NCBI GenBank assembly: GCA_036339735.1
Contig: JAYZAL010000006.1
Coordinates: 1-64,000, forward strand
From: Candidatus Poribacteria bacterium
GTDB lineage: Bacteria > Poribacteria > WGA-4E > UBA9662
Reading direction: 5' to 3'
DNA length: 64,000 nt
The position numbers were made by a program, and so were the translations under genes. Below the pieces are notes generated by a model. The model worked only from the letters and a program-made list of their open reading frames with translations, was not told the origin of the DNA and did not search any database. This document shows, in pieces, positions 38,238 to 47,711 of this stretch. Within the stretch, counting starts at the first letter, position 1, and each line of letters begins with the position of its first letter.

Positions 38238-39734
38238 TTACTGAGAAATAGTGGCAGTTATCTTGCCTACGGTGCCGGGGGTAAACCCATCAATCACAGT
38301 CTCTATAACCTGATAAGAAGGTTCCCAGAATACAAACAGCAGAACAGTTGGAACGGCAAAGAAGAGTAGAAGTAGTTGGTTACCGAATGTGAAGGTCAAC
38401 GGTGTCTCTTCATCTGACTTTTCGAAGAACATTGCTCTTACTATACGTATATAGTAATAAAGTGAAACAGCACTATTCAGAGCAGCAACAACAACTAGCC
38501 AATAAAGGCCCCCTTCCACAGCGGCTGTGAATAAAACCCATTTTCCACTAAACCCCGCCAAAGGCGGTAGCCCAGTCAATGAGAAGAGAAAAAGAGCCAT
38601 CGAGACAGCTAGTAGCGGTGCCCGCGAAATTAGGTTACGGTAGTTTTCTATCATTTCACCACCTAATCGATTGGAAACTAGAATAACTACAAAGAAAGCA
38701 CCTAAATTCATAAAGAGATAAATGATCAAGTAAAACAAAATGGCCTTAATACCGGTATCGTTCAATAGTACTGCACCCATCAACAAATATCCACCATGAG
38801 CAATACTCGAATAAGCCAATAAGCGCTTGACGTTATTTTGGGGTAAAGCTGCTAAATTACCAAAAGTCATAGTTAAAGCCGATACAACTGCTAATAATAT
38901 AGTCCAGTTAGTAGCGCTAAGATCCGTAATTTGCCCAAACCCAAGATAAAAAATCCGAATCAGCAAAGCGAAACCCGCTGCTTTAGATGCGACAGAAAGG
39001 AAAGCTGTTACCGGAATCGGTGCCCCCTCGTAAACATCAGGTCCCCACATATGGAAAGGTACTGATGCAATTTTATAACCAAGACCGGTCATAACAAACA
39101 CTGTTGCAACAGTGACTGCCAGATGTGAGTTAGGCTCAGCAATAACTTCAGCCAGTCGAGTACCGATTTCTGGAATATTCGCAGTACCAGTTAAACCGAA
39201 AATGAGTGATAAACCAAATAGCATAGTACCAGAAGCAACTGCACCGTAAATAATGTATTTAAAGGCGGCTTCGCTCGATCGGCGATTATGCGTAAGAAAA
39301 CCTGCTAAAATATATGACGCTATTGATACAGTTTCCAAAGCTAGGTAGGCAATCAATAGGTTAGTCGAAGATGCCATCAAAAACATCCCCAAATTAACAG
39401 CTATTAGAATTGAGTAGTATTCCCCTTTTGTATTGGGATCTAATTCGGCAGATTGCATCGAAAAAATGATTGTAGCAGCTGTTGTAACTAAAACAATTAC
39501 TTTAAAATAAATGGAAAAACCATCTATCTTGATCATACCATCAAATAAAAATTCAGACGGTAAGCCCGCAGAAAAAATAGCAATAAGTGTCAGGACAATT
39601 CCACCCAAAGCAATATACGCCGTTCCATTATTGTGTTTGCTATCAGGTGTCAAATCATAAATAATAGCAAGCAAAGCCGTTCCGATAACAATCAGTTCAG
39701 GAACAAAGTACTGGAGACTATCAATACTATTCAC
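38238..39734 (-). CDS. nuoN: NADH-quinone oxidoreductase subunit N
   Basis: SSEAAFKY, YKIASVPFHMWGPDVYEGAP, KRLLAYSSIAHGGY, GLPPLAGF. Confidence 0.95.
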   Translation of the reverse strand: MNSIDSLQYFVPELIVIGTALLAIIYDLTPDSKHNNGTAYIALGGIVLTLIAIFSAGLPSEFLFDGMIKIDGFSIYFKVIVLVTTAATIIFSMQSAELDPNTKGEYYSILIAVNLGMFLMASSTNLLIAYLALETVSIASYILAGFLTHNRRSSEAAFKYIIYGAVASGTMLFGLSLIFGLTGTANIPEIGTRLAEVIAEPNSHLAVTVATVFVMTGLGYKIASVPFHMWGPDVYEGAPIPVTAFLSVASKAAGFALLIRIFYLGFGQITDLSATNWTILLAVVSALTMTFGNLAALPQNNVKRLLAYSSIAHGGYLLMGAVLLNDTGIKAILFYLIIYLFMNLGAFFVVILVSNRLGGEMIENYRNLISRAPLLAVSMALFLFSLTGLPPLAGFSGKWVLFTAAVEGGLYWLVVVAALNSAVSLYYYIRIVRAMFFEKSDEETPLTFTFGNQLLLLFFAVPTVLLFVFWEPSYQVIETVIDGFTPGTVGKITATISQ

Positions 39735-39761
39735 TATACAGAGTCCTCAATCACTAATGAC

Positions 39762-41285
39762 TTACGGTAGAATGCCAACGGCCTTGCTACTCGCGTTCAC
39801 AGCCTTGACTATTGCATCGACATTTTGGTCAAACATGTCGATAATGAAATGTGGCCAAACACCCAAAAGAATTGTTAAGATACCAAGAGGAAGGAGCGTT
39901 GCAATTTCCCGGGCATTGATTTCTTCAATTTCCTCATATTTAGGATTAAGTTGCCCAAGGAAAATGCGTTGTAATGTCCATAAAAAATAAGCGGCACCAA
40001 TCACAATCCCAATAGTTGAAAGAATCGTTAAAAATTTAGCATTATCAAACGCTCCATCAAAAGCTCCCAGTAAAGATAATGCTTCACCAACAAATCCGCT
40101 CAAACCGGGTAAGCCCAAAGAGGCCATAAAAGCCAATGTAGTAATGCCTGTATAGACGGGCATCTTTGCACCAAGTCCACCAAAACCATTTATATCCCGA
40201 TGGTGGGCTCGATCATAAATCACACCAACCAACAGAAACAGCATCCCACTTATGACTCCATGGTTAAACATTTGTAGGATAGCACCGGTTATACCAGGTT
40301 TGTTTAAAGCAGCAATACCCAGTATCACAAATCCCATGTGTCCAATAGACGAATAGGCAACCATCTTCTTAAAATCAGTCTGGAAAAGAGCACACAGTGA
40401 GCCGTAAATGATATTGACAACCGCTAGAATCGCTAACCAACTCGCTGAAGCTGCCATACCTTCTGGCAGCATAGTTACGTTAATTCTTACTAAACCATAT
40501 GTACCCATCTTCAGCAAAATACCAGCCAGAATAACGCTTATAGCAGTTGGCGCTTGGACGTGAGCATCTGGTAACCAGGTATGGAAAGGAAAAATAGGCA
40601 CTTTGACAGCAAATCCAACAAAGAAGCCCAAAAAGACAATCTTTTGGAAATCTGGATCGGCCAAAGGGTGGCCTGCAGTTTGAGCTAACTGTGTTAACTT
40701 AATAATATCGAAAGTTCTAGCCCCAGCTTCCCCACTCTTCAGATAAACAGCAATCATGGCTACGAGCATCAGAACACTTCCGAATAGTGTGTAGAGAAAG
40801 AATTTGATCGCCGCATACTCACGACGTTCTCCACCCCAAATACCTACTAGGAAGTACATCGGTAACAGCGTCAGTTCGAAGAAAACGTAGAATAGAAAGA
40901 GGTCTAGGGCACAAAAGAATCCGATCATACCCGTCTCAAGCAGGAGAAACAAAGCCATGTAAGCTTTAACTCCTTTATCAATTTTCCATGAAGCTCCTAC
41001 GCAGATAGGTCCAAGCAAAGCTGTTAATAACACCAAAGTCACGCTCAACCCATCAAGGCCAATGTGATAGCTAATGCCAAAACTTTCAATCCAGGGAATT
41101 GTTAATTCATGTTGAATACCCGCTTCCGAATTATCATAATTTGTAAACAGAGAAACCGCGATCAACAACGGAATCAACGTTACAGCAAATGTCAACCACC
41201 TAGCGGTGTTATCTTGACCACGAGGCAAAAGTAAGACCAAGACCATACCAATAAGCGGTATAAAAATCATCCATGTTAGTAGCAT
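39762..41285 (-). CDS. nuoM: NADH-quinone oxidoreductase subunit M
   Basis: DGLS, YAAIKFFLYT, PFHTWLPDAHVQAPT, LLKMGTYG, GLPGLSGFVGE. Confidence 0.95.
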   Translation of the reverse strand: MLLTWMIFIPLIGMVLVLLLPRGQDNTARWLTFAVTLIPLLIAVSLFTNYDNSEAGIQHELTIPWIESFGISYHIGLDGLSVTLVLLTALLGPICVGASWKIDKGVKAYMALFLLLETGMIGFFCALDLFLFYVFFELTLLPMYFLVGIWGGERREYAAIKFFLYTLFGSVLMLVAMIAVYLKSGEAGARTFDIIKLTQLAQTAGHPLADPDFQKIVFLGFFVGFAVKVPIFPFHTWLPDAHVQAPTAISVILAGILLKMGTYGLVRINVTMLPEGMAASASWLAILAVVNIIYGSLCALFQTDFKKMVAYSSIGHMGFVILGIAALNKPGITGAILQMFNHGVISGMLFLLVGVIYDRAHHRDINGFGGLGAKMPVYTGITTLAFMASLGLPGLSGFVGEALSLLGAFDGAFDNAKFLTILSTIGIVIGAAYFLWTLQRIFLGQLNPKYEEIEEINAREIATLLPLGILTILLGVWPHFIIDMFDQNVDAIVKAVNASSKAVGILP

Positions 41286-41345
41286 AAATCACTCAACTCT
41301 TTCATTTAGTAGTAATCCTAATAAACCATACAATTTACGACATTA

Positions 41346-43577
41346 TTAGCGAGGGAGATAGAGAAATAACAGTATCAAAAGAATTACACCACCTAGAACA
41401 AAGGCAAGGTAATTCTGGACTGTACCAGTTTGAATACGACGAACTTGGTTTCCAATGGCTCGAATGCCCTTACCAACTACACCTACTACAATTCCATCAA
41501 TAACGATCATGTCAAACAGACCAACAATACCAGCGATAAGAACACGGGTAATCCATGCTACAGCATTAACTATACCATCAACAACATTGATGTCGATCTT
41601 ACCGAAAACATTAGCCATGCCCAATGTAACCCGTTTTACCACCACCCCATTATACAGCTCATCAACGTAGTATTTGTTCCAAAGAATGGTATGAAATGGA
41701 CCAAGGGCTTTCTCAACGGGGTCTTCATCAATCGATTTACGCCCGTAAATTAACCATGAGATTAAAATACCCAACCCTGCCACAATAATGGAACAGATCA
41801 TAGCAATTTTATGAGCTTTATGATGAACATCATGATGTGGATCATGATATTTACCATCTGATCCATAATCAGATTTTCCTGCCGCTGCATACAATTCTGT
41901 TAAGCTTTCATCGGCTCCGCCATGTCCATTATGCTCGTTAGTGCTACCATTATGATATTGGTGTGGTGTTTGCACTAACTTATCAAAACTCCAACTAAAA
42001 CTAATGTTAAACGGTAGGTGAGCGTGTACGACAGGGAAAGACAATACCATTAAGATAACTAAAGGAATAGCCATTTGACTCGGAGACTCGTGAGCATGAT
42101 CATACATTTCCTGATTTTTCGGTTGGCCAAAGAAGGTAAGAAATACAAGCCGGAACATATAGAAAGCAGTGATCATGGCAGCAAAAAGTGCAATGCCGAA
42201 CAAGATATAATAGTGAATCGTGTACTGGCCAGCTTCCATAGCTTTACCCAGAACTCCACCCAAAACTGCATCTTTACTGTAAAAGCCAGAAGTTATGAAA
42301 GGCACACCAGAAATGGACAAAGTAGCAATTAACATCGTCCAAAAAGTGGTCGGCATTTTATGTCTGAGCCCTCCCATATTTCTCATGTCTTGTTCTGGTG
42401 GAATACCATCCCTTTCTGCCGGTCCATGGTGGTGATGATCATCATGCGCATGCCCGTCATCATCGCTATGATGAACATGTAAAGCGTGAATTACACTACC
42501 AGATCCAAGAAATAGAAGAGCCTTAAAGAAAGCGTGAGTGGTTAGATGGAACAAACCTGCCATATAGTTACCAGCCCCAATGGCAAGCATCATGTAACCT
42601 AATTGGCTAATTGTCGAATATGCCAAAACACGCTTTATATCCCAACGGACAATGGCAATAGACGCTGCAAAGATGGCAGTAATCCCACCGATATAAGCAA
42701 TAAAGAGCGAGGATTCTGGTGTTAGTATCGGAAACATACGAGCCGTTAAATATACGCCGGCAGCCACCATTGTCGCGGCATGAATTAAAGCACTAACAGG
42801 CGTTGGACCTTCCATTGCATCAGGTAGCCAAGTGTGAAGCGGGAATTGAGCTGATTTACCAATTGGTCCACAGAAAATTAAGATGCCAGCCACTGATAAC
42901 CACAACATATCGCCGGAACCAAGGTGTGATACGGCTTCGAATATTCCATGTTCGCCAAACAGCGAAAGTGTTTTAAATTTAGCGAAAAGCATCATCATAC
43001 CGATAAACATACCAACATCTCCGACTCGTGTAGTCAGAAATGCCTTTTTGCAGGCGTCAGCGGCAGAATCTTTCTCGAACCAGAATCCTATTAGTAGATA
43101 AGAGCATAATCCCACAAGTTCCCAACCAATATAGATTCCCAGTAAATTATCGGAAACGATCAGAAGAAGCATCGAGAAAGAAAACAGGGATAGAAAAGCA
43201 AAAAAGCGAGGATATCGAGGATCGCCGTGCATATATTGTCTTGAGAAAATATGTACAAGACAACTGACTAAAGTAACTACTATCAGCATGATACCAGTTA
43301 CACTGTCAAGCATAAAACCCATCTTAAACTTGAGGCTACCGATAGTTATCCAATCGACTACCATAGAATCAATTTGGCCACCAGGCTTTTGCAAGTCAGA
43401 ATTAGTCAAAATTTGACCAAAAAGTAGAAGCGAACATACAAAGGCTATTAGCATAGCAGCCGTGGAAATTAGGTCTTGTACAGGGGAACGTCTCCCCATA
43501 AGGCCAAAAATCCCAAATATCGCAAATGCGGCTAACGGACAAAGGAGTATAGTGAAAATTAGCGAAAGAATCGACAT
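41346..43577 (-). CDS. nuoL: NADH-quinone oxidoreductase subunit L
   Basis: GWELVGLCSYLLIGFW, GKSAQFPLHTWLPDAMEGPTPVSALIHAATMV, HAFFKALLFL, GFYSKD, His-rich inserts. Confidence 0.95.
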   Translation of the reverse strand: MSILSLIFTILLCPLAAFAIFGIFGLMGRRSPVQDLISTAAMLIAFVCSLLLFGQILTNSDLQKPGGQIDSMVVDWITIGSLKFKMGFMLDSVTGIMLIVVTLVSCLVHIFSRQYMHGDPRYPRFFAFLSLFSFSMLLLIVSDNLLGIYIGWELVGLCSYLLIGFWFEKDSAADACKKAFLTTRVGDVGMFIGMMMLFAKFKTLSLFGEHGIFEAVSHLGSGDMLWLSVAGILIFCGPIGKSAQFPLHTWLPDAMEGPTPVSALIHAATMVAAGVYLTARMFPILTPESSLFIAYIGGITAIFAASIAIVRWDIKRVLAYSTISQLGYMMLAIGAGNYMAGLFHLTTHAFFKALLFLGSGSVIHALHVHHSDDDGHAHDDHHHHGPAERDGIPPEQDMRNMGGLRHKMPTTFWTMLIATLSISGVPFITSGFYSKDAVLGGVLGKAMEAGQYTIHYYILFGIALFAAMITAFYMFRLVFLTFFGQPKNQEMYDHAHESPSQMAIPLVILMVLSFPVVHAHLPFNISFSWSFDKLVQTPHQYHNGSTNEHNGHGGADESLTELYAAAGKSDYGSDGKYHDPHHDVHHKAHKIAMICSIIVAGLGILISWLIYGRKSIDEDPVEKALGPFHTILWNKYYVDELYNGVVVKRVTLGMANVFGKIDINVVDGIVNAVAWITRVLIAGIVGLFDMIVIDGIVVGVVGKGIRAIGNQVRRIQTGTVQNYLAFVLGGVILLILLFLYLPR

Positions 43578-43611
43578 ATTTAGGTAAACTCCGTTAGTTA
43601 TGCGAAGAAGA

Positions 43612-43914
43612 TCAGCCTTTTAAGGTATCCGTATCGGTAGGGTTGATCGACTGGAATTCGTAATAAATAGACAAAATGATCGACAGAAAAACTGCAGCTT
43701 CTGCTGCGGCTAGTACGATACCGAACAAAGCTACCATATGTCCTGTAATATCAGCCGTGATAAAGTGAGAGAAAGCTACAAAATTTAGGTTGCAAGAATT
43801 CAAAATCAACTCAACACCCATCAAGATGCTGATTGCATTCCGACGGGTCAGAACAGCGAAAACACCAAGAGAAAACAAAACAATAGAGATATATAAGTAG
43901 TGCTGAAGTTGCAT
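43612..43914 (-). CDS. nuoK: NADH-quinone oxidoreductase subunit K
   Basis: RRNAISILMGVELILN, AAAEAAV, LKG end. Confidence 0.95.
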   Translation of the reverse strand: MQLQHYLYISIVLFSLGVFAVLTRRNAISILMGVELILNSCNLNFVAFSHFITADITGHMVALFGIVLAAAEAAVFLSIILSIYYEFQSINPTDTDTLKG

Positions 43915-43916
43915 GT

Positions 43917-44423
43917 TTATTCTTTAATTTCCTTGCGTGTAATTAGAACGGCCCCAATCAGTGCGATCAGTAGAATAATGGAAGCGGCTTCAAAGGGAAG
44001 CAAGAAATCCCCCATTATTGCTTCTCCAATAAGCTTTGTGGTTCCTTCTCCAGCATCGAACGGTATTTGGCTAATTTCCCATTCGGTCTGATTAACAACT
44101 AATAGAAGAATCGCAAAAATTCCTGCAGATACAATACCTCCTAGAACGAGCTGTCCTCGTTCCGTTCTCAGATTCATATCTAATTTACCACTAGTCATCA
44201 TTACACCAAACAAGACTAAAACTAATATACCGCCAACATAGACGACAACTTGGGTTGCAGCTAAAAAATCTGCCTTCAGAAACACATACAGGGCTGCCAC
44301 ACAAAACAGCGTAATCATCAACCAAAAAGCTGCATGAACCAAATTACGAACAGTAACCACACAGACAGCGGATCCGATAGTTATCAGGAAGAAAAACCAA
44401 AAAAGCGTCTGGGTCCAATCCAT
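43917..44423 (-). CDS. nuoJ: NADH-quinone oxidoreductase subunit J
   Basis: NLVHAA, ADFLAATQVVVYVGGILVL, LLPFE. Confidence 0.95.
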   Translation of the reverse strand: MDWTQTLFWFFFLITIGSAVCVVTVRNLVHAAFWLMITLFCVAALYVFLKADFLAATQVVVYVGGILVLVLFGVMMTSGKLDMNLRTERGQLVLGGIVSAGIFAILLLVVNQTEWEISQIPFDAGEGTTKLIGEAIMGDFLLPFEAASIILLIALIGAVLITRKEIKE

Positions 44424-44475
44424 ATCTTTGTGATACCTTATTACTTTACGTTGATGTCAGTTATTCCACTTTATT

Positions 44476-45141
44476 TCATTTATAAAGGGACGGATCTGCG
44501 AACTTATAAATCAAATTTTCTCTATCAAATTCAGAATACTCAACACCTTCTAAGTCATCTTTCATCGTCAAACACTCAGTTGGGCAAACTTCCGTACATA
44601 AACCGCAGAAGAGGCAGAGCGACATATCAATATCAAATCGATCCATCAAAAGCGCAACTTTTTTACGGTCGACAATCCGATCAACTTTATCTCCGCCGAT
44701 CTTTACGGTTGCACCAGCTGGAATGTCCGGGTATGTTGTGCCTTCCGGGTTTATATGCTGAACGGTAAATTGCATATCAGCAGTTATTTCTTTTGGTGGC
44801 TTTTTGTCTAGGATACCAACAATTTTTGTCTGATCCTTTAAGTGAACAACATTCATTGTTTCCCAAGCTTTACCACCCTTCTCTTTTCTAGAATCAATGT
44901 AAATACAATCGACAGGACACGCCTGTGCACATTTTTTGCAAACTATACAATCTTCTACTCGATTGTGAAGTTGACCCCGAAAACCCACTGGGATCTCACG
45001 GATATTGTCATTTACTTCAAACTCGTGTTGGTAAGGATATTGATGTGTAACATTGGGTTTGAACAGTTGGCGCAACGTAATTACCATCCCAAGCAATACG
45101 GAGTACACCCCATTATAAATGTTGAGCATGTATTTGGACAC
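44476..45141 (-). CDS. nuoI: NADH-quinone oxidoreductase subunit I with an internal insertion
   Basis: VTHQYP, FRG, CIVCKKCAQACP and CLFCGLCTEVCP ferredoxin motifs. Confidence 0.9.
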   Translation of the reverse strand: MSKYMLNIYNGVYSVLLGMVITLRQLFKPNVTHQYPYQHEFEVNDNIREIPVGFRGQLHNRVEDCIVCKKCAQACPVDCIYIDSRKEKGGKAWETMNVVHLKDQTKIVGILDKKPPKEITADMQFTVQHINPEGTTYPDIPAGATVKIGGDKVDRIVDRKKVALLMDRFDIDMSLCLFCGLCTEVCPTECLTMKDDLEGVEYSEFDRENLIYKFADPSLYK

Positions 45142-45171
45142 AATGATATCCTTTCAGTCGGTTAATTTAAT

Positions 45172-46338
45172 CTAGTTATCTTTTGTAAAACGATATTCCA
45201 GTTCAGTTAACTGGCCGCTATCTACGCTTACAATTTGATGTCGAGTACCCATTTTCTCATGCCAAAACTCAAGCTCGAATTGGCCATCAGGCAAGCCTGC
45301 AATTTCGAATTGACCATCTTCCTGAGTTACAGTAAAGAACGGATGATCAATAACATGCACCCAACACTTCATCCAAGGATGAATATCACATTTGACAAAA
45401 AATAATTCTTCCGCATCGTAAGTGCGATCAATGGGGTTTCCCCCAACATTGACTGCTTTGTTGAAGGCCGGATTAGCTTCAGATAACGTATGTACGTTGT
45501 GTGGGACAACATCGGAGTTTTTGTAGCTGATCGTTTGGCCTTTTTGAATAGCCAGAACATGTGGCTTGTAAACACACCCATATTGGTCAACTTCAGCGAC
45601 GTCCGAGGGCGCAGTATAGCTAGCTGTCGTTGGTAAACCTCTTCGGATACGCACTAAAATGTTCGCGATAGAATTGTCATTACCCAGAACTAAAGTTTCC
45701 GACTTCGGGTTACCACCGTGGATATCCAAACAACCGGGAGTAGATCCCATATCTACATCTTTAATCTTTGGTATTGGTCCATCCCACAATACTTTCCCTC
45801 GAATAATCCCACTACCATTATTTTGGGTTGCTGTAACCTGAAATACATCACCGTCATGAGCTTCACCGTCATGAGCTTCACCGTCATGAGCTTCACCGTG
45901 ATAGCTAGATTCTTTTATTTTGGCGATAGCTTCCTCATTTGCTGCTTGTACTGCTAGCGACGGTTGGCCAAGTGTATCTGCTTCGCCAGTCAAGGTTAAA
46001 AAAATCATAATAGTAAAAAATAGGACCGTTAGTCCTAAGAAACCATAGATAACTTTACGCTCATCGTTAAGGTGCATAAAAACCAAAGCCACTAATGATG
46101 CCTTGACCGAAGCAATCAGCAAACCAAGAAATATAGCCACGGGAAAGGGAACATCCAAGTAGGATGCGGCTACCGTAAAAACGGTCAAGACTCCTAGTGC
46201 CAAAAAAACGAGTATATACGATTTAACATGTACATGGTCATGGACTTTTTCGTCAAGGAAAGCATTAATTGCCTCGTCCGTCATTTCCGGATGTTTCGCT
46301 TTCAAATAATCAAACTCTTCATTTCGGCTAGTGGTCAT
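45172..46338 (-). CDS. Fusion of cytochrome c oxidase subunit IV-like membrane domain and cupredoxin/carboxypeptidase-regulatory-like domain
   Basis: ATG 46338 after GGAGGG. N-domain YILVFLAL..LT...IASVKASLVALVFMHL with 3 TM. C-domain DQYGCVYKPH, NSDVVPHNVH, CDIHPWM, DGQFEIAGLPDG, WHE. Confidence 0.8.
   Translation of the reverse strand: MTTSRNEEFDYLKAKHPEMTDEAINAFLDEKVHDHVHVKSYILVFLALGVLTVFTVAASYLDVPFPVAIFLGLLIASVKASLVALVFMHLNDERKVIYGFLGLTVLFFTIMIFLTLTGEADTLGQPSLAVQAANEEAIAKIKESSYHGEAHDGEAHDGEAHDGDVFQVTATQNNGSGIIRGKVLWDGPIPKIKDVDMGSTPGCLDIHGGNPKSETLVLGNDNSIANILVRIRRGLPTTASYTAPSDVAEVDQYGCVYKPHVLAIQKGQTISYKNSDVVPHNVHTLSEANPAFNKAVNVGGNPIDRTYDAEELFFVKCDIHPWMKCWVHVIDHPFFTVTQEDGQFEIAGLPDGQFELEFWHEKMGTRHQIVSVDSGQLTELEYRFTKDN
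45848..45900. repeat. 15-bp tandem repeat (about 3.5 copies) encoding GEAHD
   Basis: TCACCGTCATGAGCT x3 plus TCACCGTG. Confidence 0.95.
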
Positions 46339-47668
46339 GTTTATCCCTCCAAGAAGCCTCCAATTTCCGCAAATTGGTTGCACCAATGTTACCAGCCAAA
46401 ACAGTCTGATCATGCGGCTTTAGCTTCCCAAAGCTGTTAAATACGATCCCGAGTAAGGAAATTACAAAGAGGCTAATAATCAGGAAACTAATTCCGATAC
46501 TGAGTGTCGAATCGGTTCGGAAAAATAGCCCCCAGATTCCAGTCCCTAAAATGTTAAAAAACGAAATCGGAATAAGATACTTCCAGCAAAGATTCATTAA
46601 CTGATCAACCCGAAGACGTGGCAAGGTCCATCGAACCCACATCATTACAAAGACTAACAAGAATGTTTTACCTACAATAATGAATAAGCCTGGAACAAAC
46701 TGATCTTCATCTATTATTCCCTGCCATCCTCCTAAAAATAAGGTGGCTGCAATAGCACAAACAGCAAACACGTTAGCATATTCAGCGATAAAGAAAACTG
46801 CGAAGCGCATACCACTATACTCTGTATGAAACCCCGCAACTAACTCGGACTCGGCTTCCGGCAAGTCGAAAGGCGTTCGATTGACTTCGGCAATCGCAGA
46901 TAAAAAATAGACAAAAAATGCCAAAAAAGTGAAGGGAGACCGAAAAATCATCCAATCGAGAATGGATCCTTTTATCTCGATTCCGAGGAAAGTAGCAATG
47001 GCTTCTCCCCCCGAAAACACGCCATTTTGAGCTGCAACAATGCCTTCCATACTCATAGTCTGTGTCATCATAATTACAGTCAAAATGGATAAACCAATTG
47101 GTATTTCATAACTAACCATCTGCGCTGCTGAGCGCATGGCGCCGAATAGAGACCACTTGCTGTTCGAAGCCCAACCGGCCATGATTACACCAATTGCAAT
47201 GACAGAAGAAATAGAAATAACATAAAAAATGCCAATATTGAGGTCGCTAACGAGGACACTCTGGCTGAATGGGATAGCAGCAAATACAGCAAATGAACAA
47301 GCAAAAATCAGATAAGGAGCAAAGCGGAATAGAAGTTTGTCGGCTTGCGGCGGAATTAGGTCTTCCTTGAAAAGAAGCTTTACCCCATCTGCTAGCGTTT
47401 GCAATAATCCCCAAGGCCCTACTCTCATTGGGCCTGTTCGATCCTGAATCCATGCAGAAACTTTTCTTTCCATTAACACAAGGACTAAAGGTATGAGTGG
47501 CACCACGGCCACAAAAATTGCGGCCACAGCAGACATAACCAAGACAGGACCGAGCCAACTGGGCAAAAAACTGAGGCTATGGCTAGCAAAATCCTCAGCC
47601 CAATTACTATTTCCACTCTCAACTACAGCTGACTCTATTGATATGAAATTTTTAGCTAATGCTACCAT
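46328..47668 (-). CDS. nuoH: NADH-quinone oxidoreductase subunit H
   Basis: ERKVSAWIQDRTGP, ADGVKLLFKED, AQMVSYE, NRTPFDLPEAESELVAG, PRLRVDQLM. Confidence 0.97.
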   Translation of the reverse strand: MVALAKNFISIESAVVESGNSNWAEDFASHSLSFLPSWLGPVLVMSAVAAIFVAVVPLIPLVLVLMERKVSAWIQDRTGPMRVGPWGLLQTLADGVKLLFKEDLIPPQADKLLFRFAPYLIFACSFAVFAAIPFSQSVLVSDLNIGIFYVISISSVIAIGVIMAGWASNSKWSLFGAMRSAAQMVSYEIPIGLSILTVIMMTQTMSMEGIVAAQNGVFSGGEAIATFLGIEIKGSILDWMIFRSPFTFLAFFVYFLSAIAEVNRTPFDLPEAESELVAGFHTEYSGMRFAVFFIAEYANVFAVCAIAATLFLGGWQGIIDEDQFVPGLFIIVGKTFLLVFVMMWVRWTLPRLRVDQLMNLCWKYLIPISFFNILGTGIWGLFFRTDSTLSIGISFLIISLFVISLLGIVFNSFGKLKPHDQTVLAGNIGATNLRKLEASWRDKHDH

Positions 47669-47711
47669 TTGTATACTTTACTGAACTATAAATTAAATAT
47701 TAAATTAGGAA

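Noticed and set aside
45848-45900. CRISPR-like repeat
   Set aside because: Contiguous 15-bp coding repeats without spacers, and no cas genes
46339-46413. N-terminal extension of the 413-aa ORF
   Set aside because: It overlaps nuoH; ATG 46338 has a strong SD
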